Positions 45,200-56,508 of a DNA stretch of 64,000 bases are shown in pieces. Location of the stretch: the NCBI GenBank assembly GCA_037447605.1, contig CM074809.1, positions 2,718,689 through 2,782,688 of the forward strand, written 5' to 3'. Positions within the stretch are counted from its first letter, which is position 1, and each line of letters begins with the position of its first letter. The notes under the pieces are model-generated. The model was given only the letters and a program-made list of their open reading frames with translations. It ran no database searches and was not told where the DNA came from. The position numbers and the translations under genes are program-made. This DNA is from Zygnema circumcarinatum SAG 698-1b (Eukaryota > Plantae > Zygnematophyceae).

Positions 45200-45412
45200 C
45201 TTAGACCAGACTTTGGACTTTGGAATTAGAACTTCAGACTTCAGATTTTGGATTTCGGACTCTGGAGTTCGGACTTCAGAGCTGAGAGCTCAAAAGTCAG
45301 ATTCAAAATTTCAGAGATCAGAGTTCAGACTTCGTACGCAAAATTTCAGACTGTACGGTAGATCTTTTGACTTCAGACTTTGGTCAGACTTTAGACTCTA
45401 GATTTCAGACCT
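45200..45412. repeat. Degenerate 7-bp tandem array (consensus GACTTCA/GACTTTG), ~28-30 units
   Basis: Clear 7-nt periodicity immediately upstream of the UBP gene. Confidence 0.8.
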
Positions 45413-46275
45413 ATGTTCGCAAATTCGTTTACGTTTTCCCCTCTTGAATTCCAAATTACGCAATAATTCGCACGTTTGTGAACATTCGGCTTCCGCAATT
45501 CGGTCGCCCGTTTTTCAGCAGCGTCTGAAATATAGTACGGTACTGTACCGTACAATTCGAATCAAACTTGTCCGAACTTCGGAAGCTCGGTACAAACATT
45601 TGGGGACGTTCCAGCGTCCCCACAGTGGAGCTGAGCGTCCCCTCGCTGTTTAGCGCCCCACTGGCCTGAAAGCCCTTCTTTAACGTCAACCTTCTTTAAT
45701 AAAAAAAAAAAAAAAAGGCCTGAGTGGGCTATAAGAGTAAAGAGAAGAGCAGATAGGGCTAAGAAGTGGAGAGTGGTTCTCTGCAAGGGTGAAGGCGCGT
45801 TCCCGTGTAAGCACTGGGGAATGCCACTGGGACGATGCCCTAAACATCCTAAAAACCCTACAACCCTAAAAGCCACCAACACAAACACAAACACGCCACA
45901 TCCCGAGAGGGCGAGGGCGTGGGAGGGACTTGCCGGCTAACAACGACAATGCACCAACGAGGGGCCGCCACGTGACAGCGCCGTAACCGGCAGCAGCGGG
46001 CGGAGGCCGCCGTGGGGGGGGGTAGGCATCGTCAAATGCGGGATTTTTTGAAAAAGTCCCGTAAATACCGAAAATAAAACTCAAAAAGTCCCGAAGATAA
46101 AGCCGCCTTTCAATATGACGAAAGAAAGAAATACCCTCCACGAGGCGTGCCAGACTTGCGGATGGCGAAACGAAACGAAATCATGTCTGCCTGCCCGCCC
46201 GCCTGTTGACCTGCCTGCTTGCTTCTTTGGTTGCAGTTTTGCTTGCTTCTTTGGTTGCAGTTTTTCAAGCCTGAG

Positions 46276-47582
46276 ATGCTGGCAATGACGAAGGACAAGA
46301 GATTGCTGAAATTCCAAGCAGGCCACGAAGACCAGTTCGGTCTCAAGGTCACTGCTCGTGACTCACACCAGGCCTTGTGTTGCTTGGGTGTGTCTGTTCT
46401 GCCTCGTTTTTGGGCGAGAAGATAAGGTTGGTGCCAAGAGGAAATCTACAGATCGCCCAAAATACTTCGACAGTCTTCGAACAGACAATTACATGCAGCA
46501 TCTTAATGACCGGCATCGTTTGAAGTGGACTGAATACTGTTGACAATTTGAGCCTGGTCCCTCCCACTACTCTCACTCTCTAACATGCTTGCAATGTCTG
46601 AATCAATACAACCCTCAAGTGCACACACTGAAAAGCAAATGATCCAATCAAGCAAACACCGAAAGAGAATAAGTAAGGAGAAAGCTCCTCGGCCTCAAAA
46701 CTCCTTAATAAAGAAATGAAGAGAAACAAGCATTAACGTCAAGCCCTCAGGCTTCCACCTATGCTCTGACTAACTCCCCTACTTCCTGCTGCCCATACAG
46801 CCAGGCAACTGCACTCGGCAACACGAGCCAAGCTACAGCTGAATTAAGTTGAACTCTCAGGTTAATTAACTCCTAATCAACTCCTACTTAAATACTAAGC
46901 GCTGCACTACTCCACGTTCTACTGCACGCCACCGCGCGCCACCGCGCTCCACCGCACAGCGCACCTCCATGTCGCTGGTGATGCTCCACGTCTCCAGGAG
47001 CTCGCCTCGCACCGCGCTGGAACTCACCCTCATGGTCGCCATGGCCAGGAGGGAGAAGGTCCGTACAGTTTCCTCCTTCCAAAGGCGCACCGACCTTCTC
47101 GAAGCTTCGCATCCACGCGCGCGCTTCTCCAGCGCCTAAGTGTTGGTCGTCCGTACACCCATGCATCTCGTACGCTCCGGACATTCTGTACGGTCGTCCA
47201 CTAAAGCAATAAGCAATACAAAGCTGACCGCGCAGCCTATCGCTGCGCGCCACGTGTCCAAACTATACTTATCAATTCTAAGTAAACTCCTGTGGTGGCG
47301 CGGCCTATCGCCGCCCTCCACGTGTCCTACTCAGACTTCTCGTGTTCCCACTAAGAACAGCGCCCTAGCGCCCTGTTCAGACTGTGACCAAATCTCCCAA
47401 GGACAGCCGACAAAAGGCTAAGGACCGTACAGCGTACAATTCTAGGCTATACCCCTATTGTACCCAACAAATACAACCAGATTCTGTCGCCATCACAACG
47501 AGACTTGTTTTTCAAGAATGTGCCTTCTACCAATACCTTGGGGGCTCATTTTGAACAATTGACCATTTTGGCGAAATTGTAG
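46276..47582 (+). pseudogene. 5' remnant of a DNA-transposon transposase (hAT-like, N-terminal C2H2/BED-like finger), frameshifted and split by a solo LTR
   Basis: KFQAGHEDQFGLKVTARD, then a frameshift, then CLFCLVFGREDKVGAKRKSTDRPKYF..RTDNYMQHLNDRHRLKWTEY. Removing the LTR and one TSD restores the frame: YNQILSPSQRDLFFKNVPSTNTLGAHFE. Superfamily is from recalled similarity only. Confidence 0.7.
46538..47469 (-). mobile_element. Solo LTR of an LTR retrotransposon (932 bp)
   Basis: Termini TGTTG...CAACA; 5-bp TSD AATAC at 46533-46537 and 47470-47474; no internal coding region. Orientation inferred from a TATTTAA-like box on the minus strand at ~46890. Confidence 0.88.
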
Positions 47583-47669
47583 AGAGGGCAGCATAGGGGT
47601 TTGGGTGAGGCCTTTGGAGAAAAGAGAGCTGCATTTCAATTCTTCAGTTCTTAGAATTTAAAGAAGAAG

Positions 47670-48707
47670 ACGCTCAATTTCAAGAATTTAAAAAGGTTAA
47701 TTTTGCGCCCTTAAGAAAAGAAGTTCTTCTTGCAAAATAGTGAAGGCTTCTGGCGTTTCAAATAAAAAATCGGAGCCGTGCTGCTTAACTTGCCTTGCCA
47801 CGAAAGAAACCACCGCAGCTTCTAATATTTCTTCTCCATTTTCGAAGGAGCTACTTGATAGTTTTCTTCTTTATCATTAGCGCGAAAAAAATAAGATTCG
47901 AGTTTGTTTCTGTTAGCTAAAAAAGCTTTGCCGTAAACCGCTTGCGTTAATTATGACTGAGCCGCGGAGAACCATGGTGCCCACACTTCGCCGATGTCAA
48001 ACATACAAAATTACACCCACGCTTGATCAAAGTGTAAGAATTTATAACATACCAGGCAGCCCCAAGGTTTCTCGTATTCGGTCGTACAAGATGGAATCAG
48101 CTCGAGTACCTGCAACATGCCAAGCAGAAAAAAATGTTCAATAGCATACGGGATTCGAGGGGAAGATGGCGAAAAAATAAAAAGAGGAAGGAAAAATAAG
48201 AAGCTATGTGTACTTTTTCAGAGCTAGGAAAGGCTTCTGCGTACTCCAAATGTGCGCCTACGGCTCTAGATGCGCTCTGATCATCTCAACCAAGCATTTC
48301 CAATGCTGAAGCATGTACTTATCCGACTACTGCACCTCCACTGTTAATAATTTCCCAAACTATGCAAGTGTCCAATGAAGGTGAATGGATAGAGAAAGTC
48401 AAGGCCAACTTTTTAGGCTCCCCTTTCAAGAACAAAGTCAATAAAAGCGACCTCACGGAAACTAGGGACATGTCCTCTTTCCTTCGAGGTTCAATATAAT
48501 TGAAATTCACTTCCCAGGATACCTCACCGGCATCCTCCTTGCGAGATTGTACCATCTTCTGCAGACAACCACGGCGGAGCCGAAGAAAGAACGCGTGGAC
48601 AGGTGCGCCAACACGTGCTGCAGGGTGTCATCGCTCAGGCGGGAGATTGCCTGCGCAGATCCGCCACCTCTTTCGCGTAGGGCTACGAGAGAACTTCCGG
48701 ACGCCAT
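47670..48707 (-). CDS. F-box domain protein (5' exon clear; 3' structure uncertain, possibly truncated)
   Basis: Exon 1 (48707-48528) encodes ISRLSDDTLQHVLAHLSTRSFFGSAVVVCRRWYNLARRMP, an F-box pattern, followed by a GTGAG donor. Further exon-like blocks at ~48110-48050 and ~47870-47690. Confidence 0.55.
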
Positions 48708-48952
48708 GGCCCGCCTCCTCTCCCTCCCTCTCTCCCTCCCTGCCGCGCGGCGGTGCGCGACCTGTGCGCGCACTCGGCCCCCCTGTGCCCTCACCGCGCT
48801 CTTGTACCACGCCGTACGGTTCGTATGCGTTCGTACAGCGCGGTGCGTACGGAGCGGCGCCCCTTGCTGACGGCACCGTACGGACTGGATGACACGCCGT
48901 ACGACTGCCTTGCCCGGCTCGTGCGCGCGTGGTTCTCAGCGGGCGACAGCGC

Positions 48953-49338
48953 GCCACGTGACAGTCGGAGCTTGCCTACGTGGCCTGCAAAGGAGCCCAT
49001 GAGAGCTTATGAGAGCTGCCGTCAGCGGGCAAAAGTAAAAAGTAAAAAGTCTGCAAACTGCGCACGCAAATTCCCATGAGAAAAAATGCGATGTATTCTG
49101 CATGCAGATCTCATCTGGCAGCTCGACAATTGTCCGCAGCCGCAGGTTTGAAATTCCTGTCAGACCGCCTGCGGCTATCACGGGACTGCTCTTGTTCCTG
49201 CATGCGCTGTTTGGGCCGCCGGTTTGCATGTGGGTCGAGCGGATCTTCATGCAGAGGCTAATGATTGCCAGCCAGTGGCAGGCTGAATATTTTAGAGAGA
49301 ACGCAGGAAAAAGCTGTGCCATGCAGAGGGCACGTGGC
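48953..49338. promoter_or_regulatory. ABRE/G-box and RY elements upstream of the LEA gene
   Basis: GCCACGTG 48953-60, TACGTGGC 48977-84, CACGTGGC 49331-38; CATGCA at 49101, 49248 and 49320. Confidence 0.55.
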
Positions 49339-49481
49339 ACCTCATCCGTCCGGGAAGTTTTCAGAAAGCTTTAGGTCGGCCCTTTGGCTATAGCTCCAGT
49401 TTGCATAAATTGCAGTGACGGTTCGGGAGAGCTGCGCTTTCGTGCCTTCTGCTTGTGCCGATTGCAATCGATTCAGGGACC

Positions 49482-50360
49482 ATGCAAAGCTGGGACAAGC
49501 TCGTGCAACGAATGAGAGGCGAAACGCCTGCCGGTGGTACTGCTACGATTGGTGATGTCTTGGAGGTCAGAGTCAGCACTTCTATTTTCGCAATCTAAAC
49601 GTCATGAAACTGTTCAATTCGTTTAAGTTTCGATCGAATGGAAGGCTTTACTCATACGTAGGGTGAAAGGCGTCAAGCGAGTTCTCAGTTTGGTTCTGAT
49701 TCTTTTGTTTTTTGCTGGGCTTATCAAAGAAAATGAAGTCCCAATTGAGTATTGGAAGAACCTGGTGCATATCTTGGTCGTTTCTCCTGCAGGGCCCCTT
49801 GGCTAACACTAACACATGCTGCAAGAGGTCGGTCCCCATTTCTGCAGAGCGTTGCGCGAGATCGCGGAGACGCGGTTCTCACCCCGAGCGATGCCGCGGC
49901 GATACGGACTGCGGCGAAGGGTCGAGTGGGGGCGCGCGCAGAAGAGGCCGCCGTGACCAACCTTCAAACGGGAGCAGTGCGAGTTTCCGCGTCCGGCTAC
50001 CAAGTGGCCCCTCCTCCTCAGGCTGTGAAAATCCACGACGTCCTTAAGGTGGTCACTTCACAGCATGTGCTCGCCAGAAGGATTGCTTTCAGAAGAGTAA
50101 TGTTTTGGTGTTGTTGCAGCAGCTGTTTTTTTTTTTTTTTTTCCTCTTTATCCATTTGAGAATTTATTTTCATTACTTTTTCCATGCAGGATGCAAAATC
50201 TGAAATTATGGCTGACAAGCCGGTGACGATTGCCGATGCCGCGGCCATTCAGAGGGCTGAGGCGATAGCAAGTCGGACAGGAGGGGTGGCGCGGGGGGGG
50301 GTGGCTGCGCATGCGCAGACTGCAGCTGCCAAGAATATGTGGACTACAACTGCGCCATAA
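49482..50360 (+). CDS. Seed maturation protein (SMP, LEA D-34 family)
   Basis: Exons 49482-49565, 49848-50048 and 50190-50360 in frame: TIGDVLE, TPSDAAAI, KPVTIADAAAIQRAE...GGVAAHAQTAAAKN. Confidence 0.88.
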
Positions 50361-50977
50361 ACTGCTATTAGAACACTTTACAGCTTGCAGGAGTAGATGG
50401 ATGGATCGTTGTGAAAGATTTTTTTGCTTTGATGTCGTGTTTGGTAGTTACAGGTTTTAGGGTTAATGCGAACAGGATGGAAGGGGGGGAGATGGCTTTG
50501 TGATCCATGAGGCTACGCAGTTTTGAGCTTTACCTTGTCCTTGTGTCGCCAAATGACGGTTATACAACGAAGTTGCCCTGCTCGTGTTTTTCTCAATGGT
50601 TGGATTCATTGATTTTAGCGATTCTGATTCTGTTATCGTCGCTTTCACATGCCATTCTGAAACCACCAGAATTAATACGCTCTGAATGTATCATATGCGC
50701 ACTTTGGAAAGCATGTCTGCCCATTAGTTGCATAAACCTTTGCAGTTCTGCCGAGTGTCGGCATTCCACAAATAGGGCATTAATACATTTGGGATTTATA
50801 AGTTGAAGTGATATAGTGTTGATTTGAGAAAGGAGGCGTAATGTGGTGCTTCCCATGATGAGAATGTGTTGGTTGGTGCACATTCCGCACCACTTCCGCT
50901 CTTAGCTTTTTTCTTGTCCTTCGGTCCTTTGCGCCCAGTTCCTAGTGGTTTCCCATGTTGCTTTTCCCATGTACATT

Positions 50978-51005
50978 TGATGGCCTCGCCATTGTGAGAT
51001 CAATG
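50978..51005 (+). repeat. Dispersed 28-bp hairpin motif, copy 3
   Basis: TGATGGCCTCGCCATTGTGAGATCAATG; flanks similar to copies 2 and 4. Confidence 0.75.
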
Positions 51006-51544
51006 CCACATCCCTTCGCTGGTGCAATTCTGATGGAGGAGGAGTGAGATTGCCCAAAGAGGAAGGATGAGGATGCTGGCGAGGGGAGAGAGAGAGAGAG
51101 AGGAGGGCAGAACTGAACTGTACACGGAACTGCGGCAGAGACATGGACACGCAGTTCACAAGATTGCAGAGCGAGATCAAGGACAGAGGTCGAGTGGTTC
51201 CCGTGGAAGCGCAGATCCACGCGGCCCCCAACCGCTTCCGCTGCGCAGGACGTTGATCCAGCGTCCACGTGGCCGCATGATCCTAACCGCTCCTTTGATC
51301 CATATTTAACGTTGATTGGATCGTTGTTGATCTCCAGATCCACCGTACGGCGTACCCGGGGGAGCAGTACAGTAGTCCAGTCTACAGCTTTGACTTTTGG
51401 TTCGAGTGGTACCGAGGCCAACGCCGAGGGCCCAAAATAGGGCCCGGAGAGAGCGCGGTATGGGCTCTGACTGAGGGAGGGAGGGAAGCCATTGCGGCTG
51501 CTGACGGAGGCGTCTCCACGCAAAGGGCATTCGGTGTGGAGGCT

Positions 51545-54500
51545 ATGGCGAAGGCTTCTTCTCCAGAGGGATCAGAGGCATCGCCTCTCCGACCTCCTCG
51601 GCATACTTCGTCAAAGTACGACTTTGTGAAAGTAAGGAGCCCTTCAAGCCGCTCGGCTTCCCCCCTGCCTTTGGCTAGAAAGAATTAAGGTTGCTAAAAT
51701 TCAATCCAAGAGAAAGAATCTATTCCGGTGATATGCCTTTACAACTTCTTGAAGATGGGCTACATGAATATGGGCTGCGGTTTGGCGATGCCTTGGTAAA
51801 AACAGAACCTCATGGAACGGCCATGGCCAGGGTGGGCGCGGGGCTGCTGGGAAGACAGGTGAAGGTATGGCTGGGAGAGGGCGGCAGCCATTACTATGTT
51901 CTCTCCCGCTTCTTGGTGAGCCGCATGTTGACTGTCACACGCATTCCAGCCGTGGTGGCGATCAAGATTGCACTCGAGCTCAAGAAGCTCTTGGTGGATG
52001 CAAGTCTGCTGGACGTTAGCCAGGCGGATTTGGAGGAGAATTTGTTTGTGCTCATGCGCCGACGTGGGTTCGGTGACGAGTATATCAACCGCTACAAAAT
52101 GATGACGAGGTGAAGTAAAAAGGAAGCGCCCTTTAATGGGGTGAAAATGTAGGGAATGGAATTGTGAGGGTGAATGAATGGACGGAAAGAATAAGAATAG
52201 TTTTAATAAAGCATCAGCCAATTGAATTTTGTAGTGACTTGTTTTCGTCTCTTCAAGGTACTTACGTTCTATACACGTGTTTAGCTCGCATCACTTGCTG
52301 CCCTTCATTGCATCGGAGAATAAGCTTTTGGACATTTTTCGAAAAAATAAGTTGAATATGTCGCACGTTTTGTCATAAGCCCAAGGGTGGTATTGAAGCA
52401 AGGCCTCCTACATTTGAACGCTGTGTGACAAAGATTTATAATCTTTTTCCTTGACGAAAGCGCTTTTGAGACATTTCTTCCGCCCTCTTTAACACCAACG
52501 GATTGGGAGTCCCCGGGTAGTGCGAGCACAAGTCTTTACTGTTCAAGATCGCCTACAGTTTGTGTTCTCTAATTTGACGAATGAAATGTTTTTAGGACCA
52601 TCTGCAGCCTTCACTCTTAAATGTGGCAAGGCAGATTATTATTTCTTGAGTGTTGGGGAAGTTTCAGGCTGACTTGAGGTGGCAAAGGGGGCCGTGCTCA
52701 CGGTGACAGGTTCCATCACCAGCGTGTCCCCCTCATCATTCTTGTGTGCGGCACTGCATGCGTTGGAAAATCGACCATTGCTACACAGTTGGCGCAGCGT
52801 CTCAACCTTCCTAATGTGTTGCAGGTGAGGTAGGGTAGTCCATTAGATATGGGAGCTGTTTTATGGTGGTCTCTTTTTAGCGGGGGTGTAGGAGTGAGTT
52901 GTCAATTTCTACGCCAATGCGGAGGTTAGGAACTCGCAGCTGTTCGTAGATTGACTGTTCACTGCATTTTGTATAGCACCTGAACGTTGACTCGATTGTC
53001 TCCCACGAAAGAGACATTTATCGCAAAAATCATTCGTATCCGGTTGTCATTCTTTCTACGTAAGGTGTTCCGCCGAGATGATATTGGCACGTGAACAAAT
53101 CCGAGTGGTTACGTAATGTTATGCCAAACAAGGAATGCACAGCGGAGACGGAGCTGGTTTCTGAACCAGCTTCCTATGAGGGAGGGTTGCAGACTGACAT
53201 TGTGTATGAGCTGCTGCGCACATCCGTAGATGCCCCTTTAAGTCGAACTCCGGTGTGGGCTCACGAGTTTGACTCCTCACAAGACCTTATTGCTGAGTTC
53301 CGTCGCGAGTGCCGCATAGTGCACCGAGGTATGAGCTCCATGTGTGCTTTGTTCGGTGTTTTCCTCAACAACGAAAGCACAAAACGTTTAGTAGAAAGCA
53401 CTTCAGTCCATTTCTTGGGGATCCTCTTGGTGGAATTTTTCCGGGTGCTTAACTGGGAAGCAAGATTGCAGGATTGGAGGGCGACTTAGGAAAGGCCGTG
53501 CGTGATGGGAAGCCGATAATCATTGAGGTGAGAGCTTAAACATTGATTGCACAAGCGGAAAACGTGCGGTGGAAATGGGTATGAGAAAGGTGCACGCTTC
53601 TTCCCTGTCATGGCTGAGACATACCCCTTCTCGTGCTCTCTGTTCACAGGGGGAGCACTTGGACCCCAGCATCTTCCTGCAGACTTCTTCTCAGCCGGCC
53701 GATGCAACTTCTGCCACTCGCCAGAAACTGCCGAATGGTTCAGCTGGAGAAGATGGTCAGCAGTCAGAAGGGGGCCATGAAGGGGGTGCTCAGGGAGAGA
53801 AGCGATGGGCAGCAAGCACTGAGCAGATTGTTAAGGAAGTGGGGTCAGGAAGCGAACGTTCGGAACTTGGGAGAGGAAGCACCATCATGGAAGAAGTAGC
53901 GGGTAGTGCTGTAGGATCTGCAATCATGAGGACATGGGAAGAGGCACCGTCAGGAGGGGATGAGGGCTCTTGTGAGGGCAGATACACTTTTGGAGGGAGC
54001 TACTGTGGTGATGTTGACAGTGGCAGCAAACGGCGGAATACCGATTCAGAGTCTGCGGGGGACTTGCAGGCTGGGGAGTCACATGAGGGTGGGAGTCGTT
54101 CACAGGAGAGGGGGGGGGAGGCATCGAGTTCCGGCATGAAAGGGAGAGCGAAGGAGGGGAATGCAGGGAATGGGCGATCAGGAGAGGGGGAGGAAACAGA
54201 CACCTTGGGGGAGGTAGAAACAGCAGAGAAACAGAAGAAAAGGCCAAAGCCGATTATTGTGCCAATTGTGTTGAAGATGGACGAGGATGACCACTTGGTG
54301 AGTCTTTTAGGATATGAAGGATGTTTTTAATTCGTCCAGGTATTTAGAAGAGGTGGAAAGCTGGACGACTGTTGCTGGAAGACGTGGTAGTTTTGACGTA
54401 GCAGTGATTGATGTCTGACAGCTGCTGCCGCCAGTCTCGAGGGAGGATCATTTTTCCCTGAGCTTGGCACTGTTGAATGCAGTTTTTTTGGCCCTCAAAC

Positions 54501-55275
54501 TCATTTAGAAATTGAACACATGTTCAACCTGCATACTCATAATAGGCACTGATGGAAGGAAGGCTGTCTACAGACGTTGCTGGCAGAATGGAGGTCGTAC
54601 CATCCAATGGATGGGAATGGACAGCCCGAGGTAATGGGCTCTGCCTCCTCAAAGTTTATGGCGAGGCTGTTTAACAGTCACATGGTCATGCCTTGGAAGT
54701 CAGTGTTTGTCTCGAGATGCATGACGCATGATGCATGGTGCGTGTATTTCTGCATTGCATCATGGCCTCGTGCTGACGGATGGTTTGAAGGGTGAGGCAG
54801 GTAGACGATCAGACTCTGCTCAAAAGGCTTCGCATCATTCAGGACTACCTGTGCTCGTTTGAGGAGCAGGTGGAGCCTCCAAATGCATCGCTTCAGCTAC
54901 CTTGAATACATCATTTTTGCAACCAGATGCAATGCCTGGCATTAGCCCCCTAATGGCTATTTCGGATTCTCTGCCGCCTAATGTGCAGGGAGTAGCTGTT
55001 GTGAATGTTTCTGCCACTACCTTCTCGAAAGCTTTGGACTGGATACATGCGTACCTGCTGCAGGTGATATTTGCTTCCTCACTCTGTCATTATATCATGT
55101 TTGCTGTCCATCATCTGTTAGTGGGTTGAGGACCATCTGCATGTGTTTGTGGACATGGGCATCATTGCCATGGTTGTATGGATTTTCCTTCTGCACTCGG
55201 AACTGATTACTTTGATTCGGATCGTTATTGCTTGTGCAGCAAATAGAGCAAGGATGCACTCCGCCTTCCGCCTGA
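51545..55275 (+). CDS. P-loop NTPase, 2-phosphoglycerate-kinase-like (At5g61450-type)
   Basis: SSKYDFVKVKVWLG, YYVLSRFLVSRML, Walker A GTACVGKS, RLNLPNVLQTDIVYELLR, DGKPIIIEGEHLDP, long G/S/E-rich insert, PIIVPIVLKMDE. About 10 exons, ending QIEQGCTPPSA*. Confidence 0.88.
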
Positions 55276-56508
55276 CTCATAGTCGGCGTGCAACCTTCCT
55301 CCCTCCTCCCCATGCCTCCTCATGGCGCAATTTCTTTCAGCTGGAGACTAAGGGCGGGCAGTCTTCTACTGTTTCCCAAATGGATGACAATCCTTACCTG
55401 TACAGACTATTGTGCTGTTTCGTTTAGAAGGCTCAAGTTTGCATGCAACATATGATTGCCAGTATTCTTCAATTGTACCTCACTGTAAAGATTTTCTCTC
55501 GAAATTCTGCGTACAGTTAGTCAGCTTTGGTTTCAGCGCAGGAACTAGCCGGTTTGTTGTGACCATGGGAGCAAACTTTCAGTGTACATAGAATTTTGTC
55601 AGCTAACTGTTGATCATTGAGTTTAGTTACATGTGCATAAATTCAGTTATGCAATCTTAGATGTTAAAAATGTTGGAGGCGAACATGAAAGACACCAAGA
55701 AACCAAGACTACAGGAACAGACCACCTGGAAAACAAACAACTGCAGGGAGATTAGACCGACGTAAGGCCAAAACTTCTACACAACGAACCACCTGGAGAA
55801 GACGACAAACCGCGGAAAAATAGAAAACCCACTGAAAACATAAAAGAGATGAACAACAGAGGTAAAAAACACGCCAAAGAAAGAGAAAGCTATCATGGAA
55901 ACTACTAAAATCCATCAGAAAAACGCAGTCTTCAGCTTGTGTAAGCTGTCGATGAGGCGATGAAGATGGCCAACTCATTGACTGAGAACTTCCCTCTCAG
56001 AGAAGCCTGCTATTGAGCTTGTTGACTGACTGAAAATCATTCTAATCCAAAGGAAGTCATTCCATGAACGCAACGAGAGGATAAGATTGAAACAATGAAT
56101 CATAGGAGGATAAACGTACAATCATCACTTCTGTAGCGTACACGATTATCGTGGCTACTGAACCTATCAGATGTCTGAGGCAGCTCCATGGCTCGAAGTC
56201 CTAATATATTAGCTTGCTATAAACATATGGAAATGCTTACAGGACAACAGCTACATCTTGAGGCTAGAAATTTAGATTTACATCAGAAATGCATTGAAAG
56301 GGCAGGTGTACACGAATTGCGTCGAGTGACAACCAGCTTTACCTGCTGGACGAAGTAACAGCAATGACTTCTCCACAACTAGGAGTGGAGGAGCAACTTT
56401 CCGATCAGTTGCAAACGGCAAAATAATTTTTAGTATGCTATCACTGTCGGAAACTGAGGCCTTCAAGGCCATCAGACCGACTTCTAAGGAATGTGAAGTA
56501 AAATGATA

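Noticed and set aside
45849-45870. AAACCCTA telomere-like motifs (also ~33940 and ~36121)
   Set aside because: Isolated single units (telo-box-like), not an interstitial telomere array.
50942-51523. 193-aa minus-strand ORF
   Set aside because: Overlaps the promoter/leader of the P-loop gene and a CT repeat; no recognisable domain.
55940-56100. Possible LINE 3' remnant on the minus strand
   Set aside because: Short, interrupted by stops, with no diagnostic motif.
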